Source: Chloroflexota bacterium (GTDB taxonomy: Bacteria; Chloroflexota; Dehalococcoidia; Lucifugimonadales; UBA3495). Taken from it: a DNA stretch of 62,238 bases. Location: positions 1 through 62,238 of the forward strand of contig VXOI01000043.1 of the NCBI GenBank assembly GCA_009840175.1, given 5' to 3'. This document shows, piece by piece, positions 7,509-16,371 of the stretch; position 1 is the first letter of the stretch; each line of letters begins with the position of its first letter. The notes below the pieces were generated by a model. The model was given only the letters and a program-made list of their open reading frames with translations, was not told where the DNA came from and did not search any database. The position numbers and the translations under genes were made by a program.

Positions 7509-9818
7509 ATGACCACCACCACGCGCGCCATCGGCCAGTCTGTCGTCCGCGGCGAGGGGCCGGACAAGGTTACCGGGAAGTCGGTCTACGCCGCCGATGT
7601 CACGCTGCCGGGGATGCTGTGGGGCAAGGCGCTACGCTCGCCCTTCCCTCATGCCCGCATCTTCAGCATTGACACGACGGCGGCGCGGGCCGTGCCGGGC
7701 GTCCACGCCGTGATAACCGCCGCCGATCTGCCAGACTCGCTGGTGGGGCGCCGCCTGCGGGATATGCCGGTGCTGGCCCGCGACGTGACGCGCTTCGTCG
7801 GCGAGAAGGTCGCCGCGGTGGCCGCCGAGACGCAAGAAGCCGTGGAGGAAGCACTGCTGCTCATAGACGTGGAGTACGAGGAACTTCCTGCCGTATTCGA
7901 CGCCCACGAGGCGATGGAACAGGACGCCCCAACGCTGCACCCGGATATGTCCGGCTACGAGGGGCTGCCGCAACCGGAATCGGACATCAACAACGTGTTC
8001 GCCCATATCACCTGGGGGCAGGGCGACGTGGAGCAGGGCTTTGCCGAGGCCGACCTAGTGTTCGAGCACACATTCGACGCCCAGCTTATGCACCAGGCCT
8101 ACATCGAGCCTCACGCCTGCGTCGTCAGTGCCGAACCTTCCTCCTCTTCCCTCCTTGAAGGGGGGAATGCAAGGGGGGTTGAAGTATGGGTCAACAACAA
8201 GGACCCCTATGCCCTGCGCGAGCAGTTGGCCGCCGTGTGGGGGATGCCGGAGGAGCGCATCGTGCTGCACCCGTGCAGCATCGGCGGAGACTTCGGCGGC
8301 AAGGGTTCGTTCATGGACGTGCCGCTGTGCTACTACCTGTCGCTGCACTCCGGGCGTCCGGTCAAGATGGTGATGGACTACATCCAGGAACTGATGGCCG
8401 CCAACCCCCGGCATCCGGCGACCATGACCATCCGCAGCGGCGTGAAGCGCGACGGGACTCTGGTGGCGCGACAGGCGCGGGTGGTGTTCGACAGCGGGGG
8501 TTACGGAGCCTTCAAGCCGACGGTGTATCTGCGGGGGGCAGACCACCTGTGCGGCGTCTACCGCATCCCCCACGCCCGCATTGACAGTTACATGGTCTAT
8601 ACCAACAACGTCCCCAAGGGCCACATGAGAAGTCCGGCCAAGCCGCAGGTGGTGTTCGCCGTGGAAGCGCACACCGACCTCATCGCCCGCGAGATGGGCA
8701 TTGACCCCTACCAGTTCCGGCAGATGAACCTGCTGCGCGACGGCGACGCCTCGCCAGTGGGCCACGTCTGGCAAGACATCCGCGCCGAGGAGACGCTGCG
8801 CCGAGCTGCCGATGCGGTTGGCTGGGAGACGCCCCGCCCAGAGGGTAGGGGCGGGTTTCAAACCCGCGCCTACGGGGAAACACTGACCGGGCGGGGACTG
8901 GCCATCACCGATCTGTCGCAGGGTGTGGGCCGGTTTGCCGCAAAGATAAGCATGAATTCGGCGGGACACCCGACGTTGCACATGGCCTTCTGGGACACGG
9001 GCACGGGCTCCCATACCGTGCTGCGGCAGATGGTGGCGCAGGAGCTGTCGGTGCCGGTGGACGAGGTGGACATCAATCTGCTGGACACTTCGGAGATGCC
9101 CTTCAGCTCCGGCTCCGGCGGCACGCGGGTGACCTACACCGCAGGGCAGGCGGTGGTGGGCGCGGCCCGCGAACTGAAACGGCAACTCATTCGTGCCGCT
9201 GCGCCGCTGTTGGACACGCCGGAGGAGGACGTAACGCTTCAAAGCGGGCGGGTGGTGGTCGGGCCGTCGCCGCTGCGTCCGGCTTACTACCGCACCATCA
9301 ACATCGGCGAGGTGGTGGCCCATGTGGGCGACGGCACCATCGAGGCCGAGTACGAGTTCGCATCCGAACCGCCCGACATGACCTCCTTCTGCGCCCAGGC
9401 CGCCGAGGTGGAGGTTGACCCGGAGACCGGCCAGGTAACCGTCACCCGCTTCGTGACCGCCCACGACGTGGGGGCCATCCTCAACCCGCTGATGCACCAG
9501 GGGCAGGTCGAGGGCGGAGTCATCCAGGGTCTGGGCTACGCGCTGATGGAGGAACTGCTGACCGAGGACGGCCACATATCCACCCTCAGCTTCGGCGACT
9601 ACAAGATACCCACCAGCGCCGACATTCCCGAGCTGGTGACCGTGCTGGTGGAGGGCAACAACGGCCCGGCTCCCTACCGCAGCAAGGGCATCGGCGAGAG
9701 CGCCAACATCCCCGTAGCCGCCGCCATCGCCAACGCCGTTACCGCCGCCATCGGCGCGCCGGTGACCTCGCTGCCCCTCACGGCGGAGAAGGTGCTGCGG
9801 GCGATTCGGAGCGTATAA
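7509..9818 (+). CDS. Xanthine dehydrogenase family molybdopterin-binding large subunit
   Basis: KVTGKSVYAAD, LRSPFPHA, GGDFGGK, GQVEGGVIQGLG, KGIGE. Confidence 0.93.
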   Translation: MTTTTRAIGQSVVRGEGPDKVTGKSVYAADVTLPGMLWGKALRSPFPHARIFSIDTTAARAVPGVHAVITAADLPDSLVGRRLRDMPVLARDVTRFVGEKVAAVAAETQEAVEEALLLIDVEYEELPAVFDAHEAMEQDAPTLHPDMSGYEGLPQPESDINNVFAHITWGQGDVEQGFAEADLVFEHTFDAQLMHQAYIEPHACVVSAEPSSSSLLEGGNARGVEVWVNNKDPYALREQLAAVWGMPEERIVLHPCSIGGDFGGKGSFMDVPLCYYLSLHSGRPVKMVMDYIQELMAANPRHPATMTIRSGVKRDGTLVARQARVVFDSGGYGAFKPTVYLRGADHLCGVYRIPHARIDSYMVYTNNVPKGHMRSPAKPQVVFAVEAHTDLIAREMGIDPYQFRQMNLLRDGDASPVGHVWQDIRAEETLRRAADAVGWETPRPEGRGGFQTRAYGETLTGRGLAITDLSQGVGRFAAKISMNSAGHPTLHMAFWDTGTGSHTVLRQMVAQELSVPVDEVDINLLDTSEMPFSSGSGGTRVTYTAGQAVVGAARELKRQLIRAAAPLLDTPEEDVTLQSGRVVVGPSPLRPAYYRTINIGEVVAHVGDGTIEAEYEFASEPPDMTSFCAQAAEVEVDPETGQVTVTRFVTAHDVGAILNPLMHQGQVEGGVIQGLGYALMEELLTEDGHISTLSFGDYKIPTSADIPELVTVLVEGNNGPAPYRSKGIGESANIPVAAAIANAVTAAIGAPVTSLPLTAEKVLRAIRSV
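8136..8180. repeat. CCCTCCTTG-AAGGGGGG palindrome in frame within CDS
   Basis: Encodes PSSSSLLEGGNARGV; composition differs from flanking codons. Confidence 0.5.
8845..8873. repeat. GTAG-type REP in frame within CDS
   Basis: GTAGGGGCGGGTTTCAAACCCGCGCCTAC; same 5' half at 62104. Confidence 0.75.
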
Positions 9819-9868
9819 TAGTCTCAGGACGCAATATAGAGGTTGACCGTCGGAAAGGAGCGCTTGGA

Positions 9869-10660
9869 ATGGCTGAACCTGCAAGGGCTTGGGCGATTCG
9901 TCCCAGCAGCAACAATGAAGCGAAACGGTTTGCTCCTTTGTTCTGGGAGAAAAGGGTCGCCGCGATTGACTATGTAGGAAGCAGCGGCCTAGACCTGCAA
10001 GATTGCACTCTGCTGGAGTTGAAGGAAGCGGTGCGCAGGGCAAAAGCAGACAATGGAATGAGTACAAAAAAAAGTGCGATCTCAAATGCAGCGAACCAGT
10101 TGTGGAGGTTCGCTAACGAAATTCGCTCGAATGACTGGATCCTCAGCCCCAAGCATGAACCCGACGACGTTATGATAGGGTACTGCACCAGCCCCTATGA
10201 GTATGCCCCCGGTATCTTGGACGAAAGCAAATTCCCTTACATCATCAGCGTTGATTGGTTGATAGACATTCCCATTGATTGGCTGTCTGAAGACTTACGA
10301 TCTTCGATTAAGGGCAAGAGACAATCGTTATTCTCCATCAAGGATAGGCATATCCCGGAACTGGAATCTCTGTGCAAGTTGGCAATCGAACACAGACTTG
10401 TGCCCGTAAACCTCCCGGGGTACTTGGTACAGGGCGTAGATGATCTAGTGGGTGAAAGGGGCCGTTCTCACTACATTGTCCACGTCGTGCTAAAAGAGCT
10501 GGAGGAAACGGAAAAAATAAGAAAGGAAAAGGAAGAGTCCGGCGAGGAATTTCATCCTGACTGGGAGACTTCGGCAATGGTGTACGCCTGGGTGCGGGCG
10601 TCGCGTGACTTGGACAACGAGCGGCTGGAGGAAAAGTGGGGTGGGAAAATATCTATTTGA
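9869..10660 (+). CDS. Mrr/COG4127-type N-terminal domain fused to RHH antitoxin-like C-terminus
   Basis: AWAIRP...AANQLWRFANEI..ND.ILSP...IG..TSPYEY...VDWL...LSEDLRSS, then VNLPGYLVQGVDDLVGERGRSHYIV..L and HPDWETS..YAWVRASR; no nuclease motif. Confidence 0.7.
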   Translation: MAEPARAWAIRPSSNNEAKRFAPLFWEKRVAAIDYVGSSGLDLQDCTLLELKEAVRRAKADNGMSTKKSAISNAANQLWRFANEIRSNDWILSPKHEPDDVMIGYCTSPYEYAPGILDESKFPYIISVDWLIDIPIDWLSEDLRSSIKGKRQSLFSIKDRHIPELESLCKLAIEHRLVPVNLPGYLVQGVDDLVGERGRSHYIVHVVLKELEETEKIRKEKEESGEEFHPDWETSAMVYAWVRASRDLDNERLEEKWGGKISI

Positions 10661-11030
10661 CACCACTGTTCCTATCAGCTACACACGCCGAAGGCCGGAG
10701 GTAATTGAACTGGTTGAGCAACTCCTGAGTGAGGATCATCAGGTGGGCATATGTGCTATTGGCATAGCTGAATTTTACAGCAACGTCAGGCCCCACGAAG
10801 CGGAACAAGCTGAACGCTTGATTGTCCGCCTGGGTTACTTCGACATCACTGCGGATATGGCTGTCGCGGCGGGAGTCTTTCGTTATGAATACGCTCGCCG
10901 AGGCAATACCCTAACCGCCACTGATACCATAACTGCCGCCGTAGCCATCGCCAATGACGCGACGTTGGTTACAGCTAACGTGCGGCACTTTCCGATGCCG
11001 GAAATCAAAATCCTGCCCCATAACCCATGA
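10641..11030 (+). CDS. vapC: VapC-type PIN domain toxin
   Basis: YLFDTT, IAEFY, TATDTITAA, LVTANVRHFP; GTG start overlapping upstream gene. Confidence 0.9.
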   Translation: MGKYLFDTTVPISYTRRRPEVIELVEQLLSEDHQVGICAIGIAEFYSNVRPHEAEQAERLIVRLGYFDITADMAVAAGVFRYEYARRGNTLTATDTITAAVAIANDATLVTANVRHFPMPEIKILPHNP

Positions 11031-11045
11031 TAGTGAGGTCCGGCC

Positions 11046-12620
11046 ATGCTCGACTTGCTTATCACCAACGGTCTGGTCATAGACGGCACCGGCAGCCCCG
11101 GGTTCTTCGCCGCCGTCGCCGTAGAAGGCGACCGAGTGACCATCCATCGCGGCGACGTGTCAGCCCTTGAGTCCGCCCGCACCATTGACGCCGCCGGCTA
11201 CGTGGTCTGCCCCGGGTTCGTTGACCTGCACTCCCACGCCGGGCTGACCATCCTGGGCGAGCCGCACCACGACCCCAAGGTGCGGCAGGGCGTCACCACC
11301 GAGCTGGTGGGCATTGACGGCATTTCCCACGCGCCCTTCAAGACCCGCGAGGAGCTGGAGCGCTACATCTGGCTGGACTCCGGGCTGAACGGCTATCCGC
11401 CCCTGCCCGCCGACTGGCTGACCGTGGCCCAACTACTGGACAAGTACGACAACTCCGTGGCCGTCAACATGGCATACATCCTCGGCAACTCGCCCGTCCG
11501 CATCTGGAGCGTCGGCTGGAACGACCGCCCGGCCACTCCCGCCGAGATGGAGGACATGAAGGCAGTGACCCGCGAGGCTATGGAGGAAGGCGCCTGGGGC
11601 CTGTCAACGGGCCTGGACTACCCCCCCGGCTCCTACGCTTCCACCGAAGAGCTGGGGGCGCTGGCCGGAGTGGCGGCGCGTATGGGCGGCCACTACCACA
11701 CCCACACCCGTGCCAGCCTGCGCTCGCAGGGGCTGATGGCCCCATGGGAGGAGGCGCTGGAAATCGGGCGGCTGGGCGACTGCCCGGTGCACCTGACCCA
11801 CTACCGTCAGGGAGCGGCTGGCGTCGGCAGCCACCTCGACTACCTGGGGCTGGTGGAGCGGGGGCGCGACGAGGGCATGGACGTCACCTTCGACTGCTAT
11901 ACCTATCCCTACTCCGGCACCACTGTCACCATCGGCTTGCCTCACTGGGCCAAGGACGGCGGCCCGGAGCGGCTGATGGACGCCCTGAGCGACCAGGACG
12001 ATCGCCAGCGGATGAAGCGCGAGCTGACGCGGGACCGCTTGGAGAACAACTGGCTGACCAACTTTACCCAGCCGCAGAACAAGCAGTACGAGGGACGGCT
12101 CATCACCGACATTGGCGAGATGCGCGGCCAGGACCCCGAGGACGCCCTGTTCGACCTGCTGCTGGAGGAGAACCTGGGCATATCCACCGTGGGGTTGGGC
12201 ACCAATGCCCAGACGCTGTACGCCTTCGTGTCGCACCCGGCGGGAATGATCGCCAGCGACGCCATCCTGTTCGGCGAGTACCCCAACCCCCGCAGCTACG
12301 GCTGCTTCCCGATAGTGCTGGCCGAGTTCGTGCGGGCGGAGCAGCACCTGAAACTGCCCGAGGCCATCCGCAAGATGACGTCCTTCCCTGCCCAGCGCCT
12401 CGGACTGCCCGACCGGGGCATCCTGCGCGACGGCTTCAAGGCCGACATCGTCATCTTCAACCCCAACACCGTCAAGGCCCTCGCCACCAAGGAGAATCCC
12501 AAGCAGTACCCCGTCGGCATAGACTACGTGATAGTCAACGGCAAGATGGTGATTGAGAACGGGGAGAACACCGGGGCGCTGCCGGGCCGGGCGCTGCGCC
12601 GGGGCCGGGCCAGCACGTAG
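11046..12620 (+). CDS. N-acyl-D-amino-acid deacylase (amidohydrolase)
   Basis: CPGFVDLHSH, QGVTTE, GLSTGLDYPPG, ADIVIF. Confidence 0.9.
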   Translation: MLDLLITNGLVIDGTGSPGFFAAVAVEGDRVTIHRGDVSALESARTIDAAGYVVCPGFVDLHSHAGLTILGEPHHDPKVRQGVTTELVGIDGISHAPFKTREELERYIWLDSGLNGYPPLPADWLTVAQLLDKYDNSVAVNMAYILGNSPVRIWSVGWNDRPATPAEMEDMKAVTREAMEEGAWGLSTGLDYPPGSYASTEELGALAGVAARMGGHYHTHTRASLRSQGLMAPWEEALEIGRLGDCPVHLTHYRQGAAGVGSHLDYLGLVERGRDEGMDVTFDCYTYPYSGTTVTIGLPHWAKDGGPERLMDALSDQDDRQRMKRELTRDRLENNWLTNFTQPQNKQYEGRLITDIGEMRGQDPEDALFDLLLEENLGISTVGLGTNAQTLYAFVSHPAGMIASDAILFGEYPNPRSYGCFPIVLAEFVRAEQHLKLPEAIRKMTSFPAQRLGLPDRGILRDGFKADIVIFNPNTVKALATKENPKQYPVGIDYVIVNGKMVIENGENTGALPGRALRRGRAST

Positions 12621-12635
12621 GGGAGGGGCGTTACG

Positions 12636-13046
12636 ATGCTCAACAGGAAGTTAAGACTCGGTTTCCTGGGGATTTTGTTGAGCGCCGTTGTAGTGATGGC
12701 TCTTTCGGCAGCCTGCTCCGGGGGAGGCGACTCCGGGAGCAACCAAGCCAGTGCTTCCCAGGAGGGCGAGGCGCTGTTCAACAAGACCTGCTCGGTCTGC
12801 CACGGGGCCGGTGCTGTTGGCACGCAGGCCGGGCCGCCGCTGGTCCACGAGCTTTATCGTCCGGGCCACCACCCGGACATATCCTTCCGCAACGCCGTAA
12901 AGAACGGCGTCATATCCCATCACTGGGAATTCGGCCACATGCCAGCCCAACCAGGCGTTTCAGACCAGGATATCGAGAAGATTATTTGCTACGTGCGGGA
13001 GCTACAGATAGCCGGAGGCATCTACGAGGGCGAAGCGCCCTGTTGA
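12636..13046 (+). CDS. Monoheme cytochrome c lipoprotein
   Basis: LSAAC lipobox, CSVCH, distal GHMP. Confidence 0.85.
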   Translation: MLNRKLRLGFLGILLSAVVVMALSAACSGGGDSGSNQASASQEGEALFNKTCSVCHGAGAVGTQAGPPLVHELYRPGHHPDISFRNAVKNGVISHHWEFGHMPAQPGVSDQDIEKIICYVRELQIAGGIYEGEAPC

Positions 13047-13052
13047 GCGGGG

Positions 13053-13610
13053 CTACGGGTCGAAAATCTCGCTGAGCGGCAGGCTGAACCCCGGCAGCAC
13101 ATCGCCGCCATCCAGCATGTCCTCGCCGGTCAGGGTGACGGCGGGAGTATTCGAACGATGCACCATGACGGCCCGCTCAGCAGGGTAGACCTCGACCACC
13201 ATCAGAACGCCGAGAGAAAGCCACATCAGAGTTTTGTCGTTCACCGCATCCTGCCTGTCACTGGGAGAGACTATTTCCACCACCAATTCCGGGGGGACTT
13301 CCAAGTAGCCATCGGACTGGTCTTCCAGGGACATCCTTTCTGTCGATATGTAAGCAATATCCGGTTCTCTTACGGTGTCTGGATTCCGTTGTACGAGGAC
13401 ACCGGCGTCGCTTCCTATCACCGTGCCCAAGCGTCGTGGCCGGACATAGCCCACCAATGCGCCACCAAAGGTCATTGCAATCCGTCCATGTACCTTTCCA
13501 ACTGACACAGTTTCGTGTAACACTCCACGAATGAGCTCGCCCTTCACTCCCTGGCTGCTGAGGCGCAGCAGGTCTTCGGCGGTCAGCAGTTTTGTCTTAT
13601 TAGTAGCCAT
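13053..13610 (-). CDS. Uma2/DUF820 family PD-(D/E)XK protein
   Basis: ELIRG, REPDIAYIS, PELVVEIVSPSD, LPGFSLPLSEIF. Confidence 0.9.
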   Translation of the reverse strand: MATNKTKLLTAEDLLRLSSQGVKGELIRGVLHETVSVGKVHGRIAMTFGGALVGYVRPRRLGTVIGSDAGVLVQRNPDTVREPDIAYISTERMSLEDQSDGYLEVPPELVVEIVSPSDRQDAVNDKTLMWLSLGVLMVVEVYPAERAVMVHRSNTPAVTLTGEDMLDGGDVLPGFSLPLSEIFDP

Positions 13611-13631
13611 ATTGTCCGCCTAGTCAGAAAA

Positions 13632-14189
13632 TCAGACCTCGAATATCTCGCTGAGCGGCAGGCTGAACCCCGGCAGCACGTCGCCGCAGTCCAGGATGTC
13701 CTCGCCGGTCAGGGTGACGGCGGGGGTATTCGGACGATGCACCATGACGGCCCGCTCCGCCGGGTAAACCTCGACCACCATCAGAACGCCGAGGGACAAC
13801 CACATCAGAGTTTTGTCGTTCACCGCCTCCTGCCTGTCACTGGGAGAAACTATTTCCACCACCAGTTCCGGGGGGACTTCCAGGTAGCCATCGGAATCGT
13901 CGTCGAGGGGCAGCCGTTCCGCAGATACAAAATAGACGTCCGGCTCCCGCACGGTGTCAGGGTTCCGTTGTATCAGGACGCCTCCATCACTTCCCCCGAC
14001 TTGCCCTAATCGGTGGCGCCGAACATGGCGGTCAAGTTCGCCGCCCATTCTCATGGCAATACGCGCGTGCACCTTTCCAACTGACACGGTCTCGCACAAA
14101 ACTCCTCGGATCAGTTCCCCCTTGACGCCCTCGCTACTGAGCCGCAGCAGGTCTTCGGCGGTCAGAAGTTCTGTCGTAGCGGTCGCCAC
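13632..14189 (-). CDS. Uma2/DUF820 family protein, tandem paralog
   Basis: Same motifs; C-terminal half nearly identical to neighbour. Confidence 0.9.
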   Translation of the reverse strand: MATATTELLTAEDLLRLSSEGVKGELIRGVLCETVSVGKVHARIAMRMGGELDRHVRRHRLGQVGGSDGGVLIQRNPDTVREPDVYFVSAERLPLDDDSDGYLEVPPELVVEIVSPSDRQEAVNDKTLMWLSLGVLMVVEVYPAERAVMVHRPNTPAVTLTGEDILDCGDVLPGFSLPLSEIFEV

Positions 14190-14289
14190 GTCTCATCTCC
14201 TGGCTGACATTGGATACTACGGATTTTACTATATTTCTACGGTATGACTGCTCTCCTCAGCCTGTGGGTCAGGGCAAACGCATTCTAAC

Positions 14290-14424
14290 CGTCATTCCCG
14301 CGAAAGCGGGAATCCAGGGCTATCACGCCTCTGATTTCCCTGGCGCAACAGGTCGGATGAGCCTCGCCCGACGCCATCCGACAGAATTTCCGGCCAGTGG
14401 ATTCCCGCTTTCGCGGGAATGACG
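14290..14424. repeat. Inverted pair of CGTC-type REPs
   Basis: CGTCATTCCCGCGAAAGCGGGAATCCAG ... TGGATTCCCGCTTTCGCGGGAATGACG. Confidence 0.85.
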
Positions 14425-14461
14425 GGTGCGGAAATTTAGAATGCCTTTACCCTGGCCTGTG

Positions 14462-14488
14462 GGTATTCCCAGTATGTGTTGGGAATAC
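14462..14488. mobile_element. Collapsed IS1-like end footprint
   Basis: GGTATTCCCAGTATGTGTTGGGAATAC matches terminal repeats at 27884 and 28221-28242. Confidence 0.55.
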
Positions 14489-14914
14489 TCAAGCAAGCGC
14501 TCAGTAAGGCATCGAAGAGACTTGTGGTACAATTGGACTTGAGACTATGAGCGTAATGTCAGGCATGTTCTGGCCTTGCGTGTTGGGTCTTTTGGCCCTT
14601 CTGGACACCACAAACGGCAGTTCCGGCGCGAAATCGTCTCCCTCCCTGCTCTTGGCATCGCTTATTGGGCACCACAAAGTGCCACAGGCCGAGTCAGAAA
14701 TGATTGGGGGGGTGACCAGCATGACGATCAAGGAAGTAGTCCGGAACTACTGGGCTACCCGATCCGGGAACCAATACCTCGGGCGCTTGTTTGGGGAGGC
14801 GGTTCGCAGTATGTGGGCTGCCGGTCCAGAAAGTGTAAAGCTCGCCGCGCTTTTGTGCGGCGAGTTGTGCTTCAGAACTTTGAGAAAGGTTATTCCTGTC
14901 ATTCGAGGCTGGCC

Positions 14915-15733
14915 ATGTTCGACAAAATCCAGCACATCGGCTACCTGACCTCCGACCTCGACGCCGCCGTCAGTTGGTTCGAGCGGTCCTTCGGCGCGGT
15001 GAACGCCGGGGGTGGGCCGCTGTCGCCCAGCTACGCGGTGCCCAGCGGCGGGCGCAACGCCTACCTGCGCTTCGGGCAAGCCGAGGCCGAGATAATCGAG
15101 CCTGAGGACAAGTCGGGCGTTGGCAGCAAGATACTGGATATGCACCACGTCGGCTACGTGGTCGAAAGCATCGAGCAGGCGGCGGATGACCTACGCGCCC
15201 GTGGATTCGGCTTCGGCAGCGACGAGCCTTTCGTCAACGTCTTCGGCCACCAGGTCTTCTACCTAGACGCCGAGACGACCAACGGAACGCTGGTGCATCT
15301 GACACAGCTTGCGCCCGCGGCATCCGGCCCGGACGGCGAGGGGCTGGAGGTGGAGCGCATCGTCCACGCGGGCTACCTGGTCCGGGACCTGGAAGCGGCC
15401 ATTGACTGGTACGTGCAGCGGCTCTCCGGCGTCCACGTGGGCGGCGGCGCGTCGCGGCGGGGCGGACGAAATGCCTTCGTCAATTTCGGCCAGGTGCAGG
15501 TGGAGCTTATCGAGCCGGGCGACCCGTCCGCAATCCCCGAAGGCGTCCACGAGATGGACCACGTCGGCTACGTGGTGGGCGACATCCCCACCTGTATGCC
15601 GGAGTGCCAGCATCGCGGCCTGAGCTTCATCGCCGACGCCCCCGCCACCAACTCCATCGGCCAGCAGGTGCTCTACTTCGATACCGACACCAGCCTCGGC
15701 TCGCGGATGCACCTCACCCGGCTGCCCGACTGA
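14915..15733 (+). CDS. Two-domain VOC/glyoxalase (methylmalonyl-CoA epimerase-like) protein
   Basis: Duplicated HIGY..D...E.IEP...HHVGYVV modules; ATG 14915 after GAGG. Confidence 0.85.
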   Translation: MFDKIQHIGYLTSDLDAAVSWFERSFGAVNAGGGPLSPSYAVPSGGRNAYLRFGQAEAEIIEPEDKSGVGSKILDMHHVGYVVESIEQAADDLRARGFGFGSDEPFVNVFGHQVFYLDAETTNGTLVHLTQLAPAASGPDGEGLEVERIVHAGYLVRDLEAAIDWYVQRLSGVHVGGGASRRGGRNAFVNFGQVQVELIEPGDPSAIPEGVHEMDHVGYVVGDIPTCMPECQHRGLSFIADAPATNSIGQQVLYFDTDTSLGSRMHLTRLPD

Positions 15734-15751
15734 GTGAGATGCTGAGTTACG

Positions 15752-15785
15752 CCCTCACCCTAACCCTCTCCCGGAGGGAGAGGGA
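15752..15785. repeat. Family A palindromic repeat
   Basis: CCCTCACCCTAACCCTCTCCCGGAGGGAGAGGGA. Confidence 0.8.
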
Positions 15786-15794
15786 ATTTGTGAT

Positions 15795-16331
15795 ATGACG
15801 CCTCCCCGCAACATCATCCTGGTGGGCTTCATGGCCTCGGGCAAGACCAGCGTAGGCCGCGCCCTCGCCGAGCGGACGGGCTGGACGCTGGTGGACGCCG
15901 ACGACGTCATCGTGGCCCGCGCCGACAAGCCCATCCACCGCATCTTCGCCGAGGACGGCGAACCGGCCTTCCGGGAACTGGAGCGTCAGGTCATCGCCGA
16001 CCTCTGCGCCGGGGAGCGGCAGGTCATAGCGTCGGGCGGCGGCGCTTTCGTCAGTGAACAGAACCGCGGCGTGATGCTGTCGGGCGGGATGGTGTTCTTC
16101 CTCTCCACCAGCCCCGCTGTCATACTGAGGCGGGTGCAGGAAGAAGACGCTGGCGGACCCATCCGCCCGCTGCTGGCCGTGGACGACCCGGAAGCCCGCA
16201 TCGCGGAGCTGCTGTCCCAGCGGATGCCGGCCTACGCCCAGGCCCACCACACCGTCGAGACAAACGCGCTGACGGCAGAGGGGGTGGCGGAGCATATTAC
16301 GAGCATCTGCGGAATTGTTATATCCTGTTAG
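15795..16331 (+). CDS. aroK: Shikimate kinase
   Basis: GFMASGKTSVG, GEPAFRELE, ASGGG, RPLL. Confidence 0.95.
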   Translation: MTPPRNIILVGFMASGKTSVGRALAERTGWTLVDADDVIVARADKPIHRIFAEDGEPAFRELERQVIADLCAGERQVIASGGGAFVSEQNRGVMLSGGMVFFLSTSPAVILRRVQEEDAGGPIRPLLAVDDPEARIAELLSQRMPAYAQAHHTVETNALTAEGVAEHITSICGIVISC

Positions 16332-16371
16332 CATTGCATCAATCATTACGTGAATAAACGGAGCAAGAATC

